Of a stretch of DNA of 64,000 nt, positions 1-9,786 are shown in pieces. Every line of letters begins with the position of its first letter. Within the stretch, counting starts at the first letter, position 1. Source of the stretch: Candidatus Coatesbacteria bacterium (GTDB taxonomy: Bacteria; JAFGND01). The notes beneath the pieces are model-generated. The model saw only the letters and a program-made list of their open reading frames with translations, ran no database searches and was not told where the DNA came from. The stretch spans positions 310 through 64,309 of the forward strand of contig JAFGND010000106.1 in NCBI GenBank assembly GCA_016927185.1. Reading direction: 5' to 3'. Both the position numbers and the translations under genes were made by a program.

Positions 1-951
1 CAAAAAGGAGAAATGGATAGAGGAAGAGCTATTTCAACTTTTGTAGATAAGGGTATAGTATATCTTATGACTGGAGGAAAATATGTTTTAGCATATAATA
101 GTAAAAACGGAGATCTTCTATGGAAAGAGGAAGTTCCATATCCTTTTAGTAGAGGTTATTATTTTTCTTATGGAGATAATGGAAACATATATTTTTCAAA
201 TAGTGATAACTTAGTAGTATTTAAAACAGATAGAACCTATAGAGACTTGGAAGCACATTATGCATCATCTCCCTCAATAGCAAAAGATGGCACCGTATAT
301 AGTGTTTTTGAAAAAAGGTTATTTGCTATAACACCAGATTTGTATATAAAATGGTACTCAGAAGAGATGGAAGATACAACAGAAGAATTTCATCCATGCG
401 CTATAGACAATAATGGTGATATAGTTTGTATTTCACATCTAAAAGGGAATTTATATAAATTTTCTTCCAAAAACAAACTATTATGGAAAAAATATCTGGC
501 AGAAAATCCATGCTGGTCTACAATAGATGCAGAAAATAAGATATTTGTTTTTGCTGGAGAAACTAATTTATTCTGTTTTAAGCCAGATGGAAATCTATAT
601 TATAAAATTGAGAATCTCATGCACAATGGTTTTAATCTTTTAATTGGTCCTGGTAGAAGATTATATATTATTAGTGCAGGTGGACTTTACATTTATGGTG
701 GACAGGAAGGATTTGAAGAAAGGACAGAAACCAGGAAACAAAGACCAGCAAAGCTTGATGTATATCCCAATCCCTTCAAAGACAAGCTGACTGTAAACAG
801 CACGTCTGAAGGAACTATCTATAACATTGTTGGTCAATCTATACATTCATTCAAAAAAGGAAAACATGTCCTTGATACCCAAAGCTGGGAGCAGGGAGTT
901 TATGTTGTGAAGAGTGGTACAGAAACCAAGAAGGTAGTAAAGGTAAGTTAG
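1..951 (+). CDS. PQQ-like beta-propeller protein with C-terminal T9SS-type sorting domain, probably 5'-truncated by the window edge
   Basis: Blade motifs (AYNSKNGDLLW, SSPSIAKDGTVY, AIDNNGDIV) and C-terminal VYPNPF...IYNIVGQ...GVYVVK...KKVVK. The frame is open from base 1 and no signal peptide follows the ATG at 13. Confidence 0.75.
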   Translation, partial: QKGEMDRGRAISTFVDKGIVYLMTGGKYVLAYNSKNGDLLWKEEVPYPFSRGYYFSYGDNGNIYFSNSDNLVVFKTDRTYRDLEAHYASSPSIAKDGTVYSVFEKRLFAITPDLYIKWYSEEMEDTTEEFHPCAIDNNGDIVCISHLKGNLYKFSSKNKLLWKKYLAENPCWSTIDAENKIFVFAGETNLFCFKPDGNLYYKIENLMHNGFNLLIGPGRRLYIISAGGLYIYGGQEGFEERTETRKQRPAKLDVYPNPFKDKLTVNSTSEGTIYNIVGQSIHSFKKGKHVLDTQSWEQGVYVVKSGTETKKVVKVS

Positions 952-969
952 AATACTAAGGAGGTAAAA

Positions 970-2241
970 ATGAAGACCTTTATAATTGTTGTATTTATTT
1001 TTTATTTGACTAGTATAGTTTTTTCAGCTCCTGGGGATTTGATATGGAGATATGGGACAGGTTATTATGTTACCTCTTCTCCTTGTGTCTCAGATGGATT
1101 TGTTTATGTAGGAAGTTATGATGATTATTTTTATGCACTAGATAGCTCAATTGGAAATCTTAAATGGAGATATAGGACAGGTAGTTCTGTTTCCTCCTCT
1201 CCTTGTGTCTCAGATGGAGTTGTTTTTTTCGGAAGTGAGGATGATTATTTATATGCATTAAACTGCTTAGATGGAACTCTTAAATGGAGATATAAGACAG
1301 TTAATGATGTTATCTCCTCTCCTTGTGTTTCTGGTGGAGTTGTTTATGTTGGAGGTAGGGATTGGTATATTTATGCAATAAATAGCGCAACTGGGACTCT
1401 TAAATGGAGATATCTGACAGGTTATGAAATTTACTCCTCTCCTTGTGTCTCTAACGGAGTTGTTTATGTTGGAAGTAATGATAATTATCTTTATGCAATG
1501 AACTGCTCAGATGGAAATCTTAAATGGAGATATCTGACAGGTAATACTGTTTATTCTTCCCCTTGTGTCTCAGATGGAGTTGTTTATATTGGAAGTAGAG
1601 ATTATTATCTTTATGCAATAAACTGTTCAGATGGAACTCTTAAATGGAGATATAGGACAGGTTATTGGGTTTATTCCTCTCCTTGTGTTTCAGATGGAGT
1701 TGTTTTTTGGGGAAGTTATGATGATTATCTTTATGCAATAAACAGCTCAGATGGGACTCTAAAATGGAGATATAAGACAAATACTAATGTTAGATCTTCC
1801 CCTTGTGTTTCAGATGGAGTTGTTTATATTGGAAGTTTTGATAATTATCTCTATGCAATAAATTGCTCAAATGGAATGCTGAAATGGAGATATATTACAG
1901 GCAATGATATTTACTCCTCCCCTTGTGTTTCAGATGGAGTCGCTTATATTGGAAGTAATGATACTTGTCTTTATGCTATTGAAACGTATGGATATACTGG
2001 CTTCAAGGATAATAAATCAGCTAATTACGTTCCAAGCAATGATTTCTCAATATCTCCAAACCCATTTACTGACAGACTTACGATTTCTCTGCTATCATCA
2101 GGAGTAATCTATTCCCTGACTGGTCAATTGATAATGAACCTCCCCAAAGGCAAGCATGTCCTTGATACCCAAAGCTGGGAGCAGGGAGTTTATATAATAA
2201 AAGCTGGAAATGAGCAAAAAAAGGTTGTAAGGATAAATTAA
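970..2241 (+). CDS. Secreted PQQ/BamB-like beta-propeller repeat protein (8 x 40 aa) with T9SS-type C-terminal domain
   Basis: RBS AAGGAGG, signal peptide MKTFIIVVFIFYLTSIVFSA, eight WRYxTGxxVxSSPCVSDGVVYxGSxDxYLYAxN repeats, C-terminal ISPNPF...GVYIIK...KVVRIN. Confidence 0.9.
   Translation: MKTFIIVVFIFYLTSIVFSAPGDLIWRYGTGYYVTSSPCVSDGFVYVGSYDDYFYALDSSIGNLKWRYRTGSSVSSSPCVSDGVVFFGSEDDYLYALNCLDGTLKWRYKTVNDVISSPCVSGGVVYVGGRDWYIYAINSATGTLKWRYLTGYEIYSSPCVSNGVVYVGSNDNYLYAMNCSDGNLKWRYLTGNTVYSSPCVSDGVVYIGSRDYYLYAINCSDGTLKWRYRTGYWVYSSPCVSDGVVFWGSYDDYLYAINSSDGTLKWRYKTNTNVRSSPCVSDGVVYIGSFDNYLYAINCSNGMLKWRYITGNDIYSSPCVSDGVAYIGSNDTCLYAIETYGYTGFKDNKSANYVPSNDFSISPNPFTDRLTISLLSSGVIYSLTGQLIMNLPKGKHVLDTQSWEQGVYIIKAGNEQKKVVRIN
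1045..1980 (+). repeat. Intragenic tandem repeat, 120-bp unit, about 8 copies
   Basis: TGGAGATAT recurs at 1045, 1165, 1285, 1405, 1525, 1645, 1765 and 1885; CCTTGTGT recurs every 120 nt from 1081. Confidence 0.97.
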
Positions 2242-2308
2242 AGAGTTCATTTCTTGACTTTTTGAACAGTCTTTTCTTCTTATGCTCATGAATAAATATG
2301 GAGGCAAG

Positions 2309-3817
2309 ATGAAGATTTTTCTCGGAAATTCTCCCTGGTATCCTTTGAAAGATAACAATGGAAACAATATTGAGAAGTGCAATACAAAATTCTGGGGAGT
2401 AAGAGCTGGTTCAAGATGGCCTCATTATCAGCATTATGAGCCAAATCTAGGTCGTTCATTATATATCCCGTTTCCTCACTTTCTTGCTGAATCTGCTTCC
2501 ATTCTTGAAAATAGTGGGTTTGATGTTCTGCTTGTTGATGGTGTTGCAGAGGGAATGTCCAGAGAAGATTTTCTCGGGAAAATATCTTCATTCAATCCTG
2601 AGTTGATAGTTTTCGAAGTTTCCACTCCATCAATTCAATACGATCTGGAAATTGCGAAAACTGCAAAAGAACATGTTCCTGATGCAAAAACAGTATTCTG
2701 CGGAGCTCATACCCCAATGTTCAAGCCTGATTTCCTGAAAGAAAATGAAATAGTTGATTTTGTAATGGTAGGGGAGTATGAACAGACAATAAAGGAACTT
2801 GCTATCTCACTGAAAGAAGAAAAGACACTAGCTTTCTGCAAGGGGTTGATTTACAAAGGTGCACAATTACCAGCCTTCACAGGATACAGGCAACTTCTCG
2901 AGAATCTCGATGATCTTCCAAGACCTGCGTATCACTTTCTGCCAATGAGTAATTACTTCGACAATCCATGGTGCATGCCATCTCCTTCCGCACAATTATG
3001 GACTTCAAGGGGATGTCCATTCAACTGCATATTCTGTGCATGGCCAGCTATCATGTATGAAGACGGGACTCCCAACTCAACCAGAAAATACAGGACAAAA
3101 AGCGTTAGCAGAGTAGCTGAAGAAGTGAAATGGCTTGTTGATAATTTCAAGATAAAATCATATTATTTCGATGATGATACTGTTAATGTTGGAAACAAGA
3201 GAATGATTGAACTGGGGGAAGCTCTTATCAAAAATAAACTCCATACAATACCTTGGGGCATGATGGCAAGAGCTGATCTAATGGACGAGAATTTGCTTGT
3301 GAAACTCAAGGAAGCAGGAATGCATGCTGTGAAGTATGGAGTTGAATCAGGAGTACAGTCAATTGTTGACAGATCCAACAAGAACTTGAATCTCAATAAA
3401 GTCAAGAAGGTGATAGAGATAACAAGGAAGCTTGACATAAAGATGCATCTGACTTTTATTTTTGGACTTCCGGGAGAAACTCTTGAAACAATAGACAAGA
3501 CAATACAGTTTGCACTTGATTCAGAGCCTGATACTGTGCAGTTCTCAATTTGTACACCTTTCCCTGGAACTCCTTCATACGAAGAATACAGGGAAAAAGG
3601 CTGGCTTATTGAAGATTCCTGGGACAGTTTCAATGGCAATTACAAGTCAGTAATCAGGACAGAATTCCTCACTCCCGAGGATCTAGAAAGAAGCCTTGAA
3701 AAAGCTTATGAAAAATGGGGAGCATATCACAAGAGAAAGCATCCCGAGCTATACAGACAGCCTGAAATTGGAACCAGACAGAAGATAAAAAACAAGATTA
3801 AAGATCTTTTCGACTAA
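2309..3817 (+). CDS. Cobalamin-binding radical SAM protein (HpnJ/BchE-like)
   Basis: N-terminal B12-binding region, TSRGCPFNCIFC motif, YFDDDT, GVESG, TPFPGT; start at 2309 after GGAGG. Confidence 0.88.
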   Translation: MKIFLGNSPWYPLKDNNGNNIEKCNTKFWGVRAGSRWPHYQHYEPNLGRSLYIPFPHFLAESASILENSGFDVLLVDGVAEGMSREDFLGKISSFNPELIVFEVSTPSIQYDLEIAKTAKEHVPDAKTVFCGAHTPMFKPDFLKENEIVDFVMVGEYEQTIKELAISLKEEKTLAFCKGLIYKGAQLPAFTGYRQLLENLDDLPRPAYHFLPMSNYFDNPWCMPSPSAQLWTSRGCPFNCIFCAWPAIMYEDGTPNSTRKYRTKSVSRVAEEVKWLVDNFKIKSYYFDDDTVNVGNKRMIELGEALIKNKLHTIPWGMMARADLMDENLLVKLKEAGMHAVKYGVESGVQSIVDRSNKNLNLNKVKKVIEITRKLDIKMHLTFIFGLPGETLETIDKTIQFALDSEPDTVQFSICTPFPGTPSYEEYREKGWLIEDSWDSFNGNYKSVIRTEFLTPEDLERSLEKAYEKWGAYHKRKHPELYRQPEIGTRQKIKNKIKDLFD

Positions 3818-6333
3818 AAACCGTTTGATCCAGTTTCTGAAGAGATGGTCTTGAGATTATTAAGTATTTTCCTGCACAGTGCCTTATCTTCCCTGGATAA
3901 TGTCTTTGCATTTTCTATGAATTCAGCCAGAGCATTTCTTGAAGAATATATGCAATCAGTGAATCTGTGCATTGCCTCAAACCAGTAATTATCCTTCCCG
4001 TTTGAAGTAAGAGCAAGCAAGTATCCCTTTTTTGCTTTCACTTTCCTTACAACAGGATACAAAATAAAAGGCAACCATTTAATAAGATCCTTTGCAGTTG
4101 TTTTACTGTTGAATATCCTGTACTTAGGCCAGTCAGACAAAGGTTCCATCTTCAAATCAATATATTCCATATAGACAAGCAATCTGTCAAGTCTTGTTCC
4201 TGACAGGAATTCTATTCTTCCGAAAACAAGTGCTCCTTTTATTTTAAGAAGTACTGAAGCATCCTCTTCAGTTGAAAATGGCGGGTTCAATTTTGCGAAA
4301 TCATTCACTCTCAGTAAAGCCATGAACTGATGATTCCTTTGAAAAACGGGAATTCTGAGTCCCTGAATCATGATTGAGGAAGGAGGTTTGAAAATCTCAT
4401 CTATTCTTGATTTATCCCTTTTCCTTTTGAGTACAAGCCTTGAGAACAGTGATTTGGAAACTATTTTTATCCATTCCTCCTTGAAAATACTGACGCTTCT
4501 TGCATATATCTTGCTGGTCTTCACTATTTCTCCAGCAATAATGTATTCAGGTCTTTCCTTGTAGAGACTGCTGCTGGGATGAAGGAATATCTTGTCCTGG
4601 TGAAGATTAGCATAAGTGCCCTTACTTTCCCTCCTGCATATGTAGTCCAGAAGACCTGTTGAAACAGCAAGATGAACCTGCTCATTAGAGCCACCTTTGA
4701 GCACAGGAATCTGCATGTTTTCAAGTATATTTTTCATTTGGCCATGAATATTTACAATTTCCTCCATTACCCTGTTATCAAGGTAGAATTTCCTGCAGAA
4801 CTCCTCTCTTTCTGTCAAATCCTGAAATTGAGTGTATTTCCTGAATAACCTTATGAATGCAATGAAATCTCCTGTCCTGTGGTAGAAGCTCTTGTGTGCC
4901 TCTCTTGCCAACTCTTCTTCACCTGCTGGCAGCAGATAAGGATTCTTGGAAGTAAGGAAGGCAGTCAGGATAAGCACTTCATCAGTAACTGACCAGTACT
5001 TGTCTACTGCCTCTATTATCATTCTTCCATAACGAGGCTCAATCGGAAATTCAGATATCCTTGCTCCTGTTTCCGTAAGATCTCTGTTTTTATCAATTGC
5101 CTGAAGCTCTTTCAGAAGATCAAGTGTATCAAGAAATTTCCTTTTGGAAGGAGCTGACAGGAAGGGGAAATTCTCGACTTCTTTTATCCCAAGCGAGATC
5201 ATTCTGAGGACTACTTCAGAAAGATCATGTCTGAATATTTCCTCCTTAGTGAAATCAGGAAACTCATTAAATGAAGGCTTGGAGTATAATCTTATGCATA
5301 TACCAGGTTTTGTCCTGCCTGCTCTTCCCGCTCTCTGTTTTGCTGATGCTTTTGAAATTGGTCCTTCGATGAGTGATGATATCCTGTTGTCAGAGAAAAA
5401 GGAGCTAAGCTTGACAAGGCCAGAATCAATTACTGCCCTGATACCTGGAATTGTGAGGGAGGTTTCTGCTATATTTGTTGCAACAATAATTTTTCTTTTA
5501 TTTAAAGATTCCTTGAATACAAGTTCCTGCTCTTCAGGTCTCAATCTTGCAAACAATGGGAGTACCCATCTTTTATGCGAAGCTAGTGAATCATATTTTA
5601 GTGATTGACAAACTGATTTTATTGCAGATTCGCCTGACATGAAAATCAATATGCTTTCCTGAAGATCAGGATAAATCTCTTCGATTTCCTCAACAGCTTC
5701 TTTTATCTTTCTTATAAGCTCATTTGAAGTTTTCTTTGGCTCAGCATAATAACTCAGTGGTTTGTATTTTATCTCTACATGATGAGATTTTGCGGGAATT
5801 GAAAGTATTGGAGCATTTGAGAAATACCTGCTGAAGGCACCAGGATTTATTGTAGCTGATGTCACTATTACCTTTAGATCAGGTCTTCTTGGCATTATCC
5901 ACTTTATTAATCCAAGACAGAAATCTATATTAAGGCTTCTTTCATGTGCTTCGTCAATTATTATGATGGAATATCGTGAAAGGTCAGGATCATGCTGAAG
6001 TTCCTGTAGCAGAATTCCATCAGTCATTATCTTGATCCTAGTATTAATGGATGTAACATCATCGAATCTTATCTTGTAACCAACTATGTCTCCTACAGAA
6101 GTCCCAAGCTCTTTTGCTGTCCACGCTGCTACTGACTGGGCAGCAAGTCTTCTAGGCTGCGTTATCCCCAACATTGAGCCTTCCTCAATAAGTCCTGCTC
6201 TGTAGAGAATGAGGGGAATCTGCGTTGTCTTGCCAGTTCCAGTAGGACTTTCTATTATGACAGTCTGGTTGTTTCTAACTGCATCAGAGATCTCATCCGC
6301 ATGAGAAAGTATCGGAAGTTCATTATACTGCAT
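3814..6333 (-). CDS. hrpA: DEAH-box ATP-dependent RNA helicase, HrpA family
   Basis: GTGKTTQ, TQPRR, DEAH, SAT, ATNIAETSLT, QRAGRAGR, HA2-like region. Confidence 0.85.
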   Translation of the reverse strand: MQYNELPILSHADEISDAVRNNQTVIIESPTGTGKTTQIPLILYRAGLIEEGSMLGITQPRRLAAQSVAAWTAKELGTSVGDIVGYKIRFDDVTSINTRIKIMTDGILLQELQHDPDLSRYSIIIIDEAHERSLNIDFCLGLIKWIMPRRPDLKVIVTSATINPGAFSRYFSNAPILSIPAKSHHVEIKYKPLSYYAEPKKTSNELIRKIKEAVEEIEEIYPDLQESILIFMSGESAIKSVCQSLKYDSLASHKRWVLPLFARLRPEEQELVFKESLNKRKIIVATNIAETSLTIPGIRAVIDSGLVKLSSFFSDNRISSLIEGPISKASAKQRAGRAGRTKPGICIRLYSKPSFNEFPDFTKEEIFRHDLSEVVLRMISLGIKEVENFPFLSAPSKRKFLDTLDLLKELQAIDKNRDLTETGARISEFPIEPRYGRMIIEAVDKYWSVTDEVLILTAFLTSKNPYLLPAGEEELAREAHKSFYHRTGDFIAFIRLFRKYTQFQDLTEREEFCRKFYLDNRVMEEIVNIHGQMKNILENMQIPVLKGGSNEQVHLAVSTGLLDYICRRESKGTYANLHQDKIFLHPSSSLYKERPEYIIAGEIVKTSKIYARSVSIFKEEWIKIVSKSLFSRLVLKRKRDKSRIDEIFKPPSSIMIQGLRIPVFQRNHQFMALLRVNDFAKLNPPFSTEEDASVLLKIKGALVFGRIEFLSGTRLDRLLVYMEYIDLKMEPLSDWPKYRIFNSKTTAKDLIKWLPFILYPVVRKVKAKKGYLLALTSNGKDNYWFEAMHRFTDCIYSSRNALAEFIENAKTLSREDKALCRKILNNLKTISSETGSNGF

Positions 6334-6346
6334 ATCTTACCGTTTA

Positions 6347-8593
6347 TCAGCTGCACTTGGAATAAAAGCAATTTCTGCAGATTGCACATCCACTTTCCTG
6401 AACCAGGATATGACCACAATCAGGACACATGCCAGCTATATCTCTTGTTGAAGGTTCATGCTCAAGTCCAGGTATCTCAGGATCTGTCTGAAATTTTGCA
6501 GAAAGCTCAGCAATGTGCCTGTCTATATAAGACATTATGGCTTTTGCTATACCATCAGCACAGGACAAGGTTCTGCCACCTTTCTGCATGGTTTTTGAAG
6601 GTTCAGGACAGCGAATACCCTTTAGCTGTCTGACAATTGCAAGGGGGTCTATCCTGCTTCTCAATGCAAGTGATGCCAGTCTAGAAATAGCTTCTATATG
6701 GCTCGAGGCACATGCTCCTGACTTACCCATGGTAGCAAAAACCTCGCACAATCCGCTTTCATCAGAATTTATTGTGACATAAAGATGACCACAGCCTGTT
6801 TCTACCTTCTCAGTCTCACCTATAGTAAGATTTGGTCTCTTCCTGGGTTTACGGACTTCACCCTTTATCTCAACTTTTGAATCCTTGGTTCTCAGAACTC
6901 CCTCTCTTGAACCATCCCTGTAGATTGTAATTCCCTTGCAGCCTAAATCATAACTCAGGAAGAAGGCATTTCTTACTTGCTCAACAGTAGCATCTCTGGA
7001 GAAGTTTATGGTCTTTGAAACTGCATTGTCAGTGTGTTTCTGGAAAGCAGCCTGTATCCTGACATGCCATTCAGGTGAGATGTCATGAGCAGTCACGAAC
7101 AGTCTTCTTATGGACTCAGGAAGAGTTGTTATATTAGTGCATCTGCCTGATTCAAGCACCTGACTTACCACTGCTTCGACATCAATTCCCATATTGGACA
7201 CTTTTTCCGCAAAAATCGGATTTCTTTCAATCAGGGTATCCCCATCCATTACATGACGCGTGAAAGCAAGCGCAAAGACAGGTTCAATCCCTGAGGAACA
7301 GTTTGCAATTATGCTTATTGTTCCTGTTGGTGCAATAGTAGTTCTTGTAGAGTTCCTGAATTTTCTGTCATCCCTGCCAGCATATATAGATTCGTTCCAT
7401 GTTGGGAAGACTCCTCTTCTTTTTCCCAGCTCAATTGAAGCTTTGTCTGATTCCTCCTGTATGAATTTCATGAGCTCGCTTGCGAATTCTTCAGTCTGCA
7501 ATGAATTATATGGCATTTCAAGAAGATAAAGCATGTCTGAAAATCCCATAATTCCAAGACCGATTTTTCTATTCTTCTGAACCATTTGTTCAATTTCAGG
7601 AAGAGGGAATTTGCTTCTGTCAATGACATTGTCCAGAAAGTGAATTGATTGATGAATTCTTGTCCTGAATTTCTCGTAATCCACTTCCCATCCTTTGACT
7701 GTTTTCCTAAGCATTTGCTTCAGATTCAAAGAACCAAGATTACATGCTTCAAAAGGCAGAAGTGGTTGCTCTCCACATGGATTTGTTGCCTCGATAGGTC
7801 CTATAGATGGAGTTGGATTGCTTCTATTTATCCTGTCTATAAAGACAAGACCAGGTTCTCCTGTTTTCCATGCCTGATTGATTATTGTATCAAACAATTT
7901 TTTCGCAGAAATTTTACTCATCTCCCTGCCTGATCTTGGATTTACAAGAGAATATTCCCTGTTTGCTTTCACTGCTTCTATGAAAGCATCTGGTGCTGCT
8001 ACTGAAATATTGAAATTATTAAGCTGCGTCAGATCCTGTTTTGCTACAATGAACTCCTCGATGTCAGGATGATCTGCTCTCAATATTCCCATGTTTGCTC
8101 CACGACGGGTTCCACCTTGTTTTATAGCTTTTGTAGCTGCATCAAATACCTGCATGAAACAAACTGGACCGGATGATATACCGCTTGTACTTAAAACCAT
8201 ATCAGCTCGTGGTCTCAGTCTTGAGAAGGAAAATCCTGTTCCTCCTCCTGTCTTGTGAATGAGTGCAGTATTCTTTATCGCAGTGAATATCGAATCTATG
8301 GAATCTTCTATTGGAAGAACAAAGCAGGCACTCAATTGTTGAAGTTCCCTTCCTGCATTCATCAATGTCGGTGAATTCGGAATGAAGTCCAGGCTTGCAA
8401 GAAGCTCATAGAATTCCTCTACGGTCTTTTCGAAATTTTCGTTATATTTCTTATCTGCTTCAGCAATATCCTTTGCTACTCTCAAGAATAAATCTTCAGG
8501 TGTTTCAACAGGTTGCCCATTCTCATCTTTCCTGAGATAACGTTTTGCCAGAACCAGTTTTCCATTATCGCTTAAGGGTATTTTTTGCAGCAT
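6347..8593 (-). CDS. nrdJ: Class II (adenosylcobalamin-dependent) ribonucleotide reductase with C-terminal TSCPD-like/Zn-ribbon region
   Basis: PNSPTLMNAG, QLSACFV, TNPCGEQPL, TTIAPTGT, VSKTIN, C-terminal CPDCG...CRNC. Confidence 0.93.
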   Translation of the reverse strand: MLQKIPLSDNGKLVLAKRYLRKDENGQPVETPEDLFLRVAKDIAEADKKYNENFEKTVEEFYELLASLDFIPNSPTLMNAGRELQQLSACFVLPIEDSIDSIFTAIKNTALIHKTGGGTGFSFSRLRPRADMVLSTSGISSGPVCFMQVFDAATKAIKQGGTRRGANMGILRADHPDIEEFIVAKQDLTQLNNFNISVAAPDAFIEAVKANREYSLVNPRSGREMSKISAKKLFDTIINQAWKTGEPGLVFIDRINRSNPTPSIGPIEATNPCGEQPLLPFEACNLGSLNLKQMLRKTVKGWEVDYEKFRTRIHQSIHFLDNVIDRSKFPLPEIEQMVQKNRKIGLGIMGFSDMLYLLEMPYNSLQTEEFASELMKFIQEESDKASIELGKRRGVFPTWNESIYAGRDDRKFRNSTRTTIAPTGTISIIANCSSGIEPVFALAFTRHVMDGDTLIERNPIFAEKVSNMGIDVEAVVSQVLESGRCTNITTLPESIRRLFVTAHDISPEWHVRIQAAFQKHTDNAVSKTINFSRDATVEQVRNAFFLSYDLGCKGITIYRDGSREGVLRTKDSKVEIKGEVRKPRKRPNLTIGETEKVETGCGHLYVTINSDESGLCEVFATMGKSGACASSHIEAISRLASLALRSRIDPLAIVRQLKGIRCPEPSKTMQKGGRTLSCADGIAKAIMSYIDRHIAELSAKFQTDPEIPGLEHEPSTRDIAGMCPDCGHILVQESGCAICRNCFYSKCS

Positions 8594-8928
8594 TATTTGC
8601 TCCTTGAATTTGTTTCATGCATTGGATTTGAAAACTTGAAAGATCGTCAAGAAATATGTTAGATTCAAAATAATCTATTGTATGAAAAGGTATTTAGAAT
8701 TCCTTTTAAGAAAGTGTAAACAGGTGTGTATATTCTGATAAGCAAATTTTCCAATCATAATTATGAAAAACTGATTCTGGTTTTTTATTACAATTAGATT
8801 TCAATACAAGTCTTGGGACATCTAAAACAAAGAGAAAAGATAATCTCTTATCTTAAAGAGATATTGAATATCAGGAATATACTATATAAAAGTGGGAGTT
8901 CAGGAAAAAATCTATCCAGTTATAATAG

Positions 8929-9639
8929 TCAACCCAGAATACCATATTTGAAAATGCAGTAGATTGCTCTTAAGCCATCTCTCAATCTTATTTTTTTGCC
9001 CTCATCATAAGTCCGGCCTGAATAGGAAATTCCCACTTCATAAAAACGCCATTTTTTTCTGGCAAGTTTAATTGTTACTTCAACTTCAAAACCAAAGCGT
9101 TTTTCGATAAGACTGATGCTATTAATTGCTTCCTTTCTGAAAACCTTGTAACATGTTTCCATGTCAGTAAGATTCAGGTTGCTGAATATGTTGCAGAAGA
9201 AAGTGAGGATGTTGTTCAGAACATAATGCCAGAAGAAAAGGACTCTATGTGGTTCTCCACCTGCAAATCGTGATCCATAAACAACATCTGCTTTTCCATC
9301 AAGTATAGGTTGAAGCAATTTATGGTATTCGGAAGGATCATATTCCAGATCAGCATCCTGTATTATTATTATATCTCCCTCAGTAGCTGTAAAACCTGTA
9401 TGAAGTGCTGCACCTTTTCCCTTGTTTTTATCATGAAAAAGGACTTTCAGGTTTTTGTTTTCATCAGCTATTTTTCTAAGATCCTCTCTGGTTCCATCTG
9501 TAGAGAAATCATCCACAATTACCATTTCAATTGAAACACCAGGAATATTTATTGATTGGACTTTCTCTAATATTTTCCTCAAGAATTCAAATTCATTATA
9601 TACAGGTATTACAACTGATAAAAGAACTTCCTTTTGCAT
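8929..9639 (-). CDS. Glycosyltransferase family 2 (DPM1-like)
   Basis: SVVIPVYNE, VDDFSTDGT, NKGKGAA, QDADLEYDP, TDMETCYK. Confidence 0.92.
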   Translation of the reverse strand: MQKEVLLSVVIPVYNEFEFLRKILEKVQSINIPGVSIEMVIVDDFSTDGTREDLRKIADENKNLKVLFHDKNKGKGAALHTGFTATEGDIIIIQDADLEYDPSEYHKLLQPILDGKADVVYGSRFAGGEPHRVLFFWHYVLNNILTFFCNIFSNLNLTDMETCYKVFRKEAINSISLIEKRFGFEVEVTIKLARKKWRFYEVGISYSGRTYDEGKKIRLRDGLRAIYCIFKYGILG

Positions 9640-9786
9640 CTGGTAAATCAGGAAGATGCAGGCGCAGTTTTTGTCAAGAAATATGACAAACAGAGGGCAG
9701 CAATTTATAACAATCTGAAAATGATTAGTCTTGACAAAACAAGAGTTTTACAGTTCGCATTATGAAGTTTTTTGAGGGAGTTTTTA

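Noticed and set aside
1045-1980. CRISPR array or complete diversity-generating retroelement
   Set aside because: The repeats are in-frame coding units without unique spacers. No cas gene, reverse transcriptase or non-coding template repeat is in the window.
8594-8928. NrdR boxes or cobalamin riboswitch upstream of nrdJ
   Set aside because: Candidate palindromes (ATACAAGTCTTGGG, ATACTATATAAAAGTG) have the wrong spacing and no B12-box was seen; only AT-rich inverted repeats occur near 8837-8872
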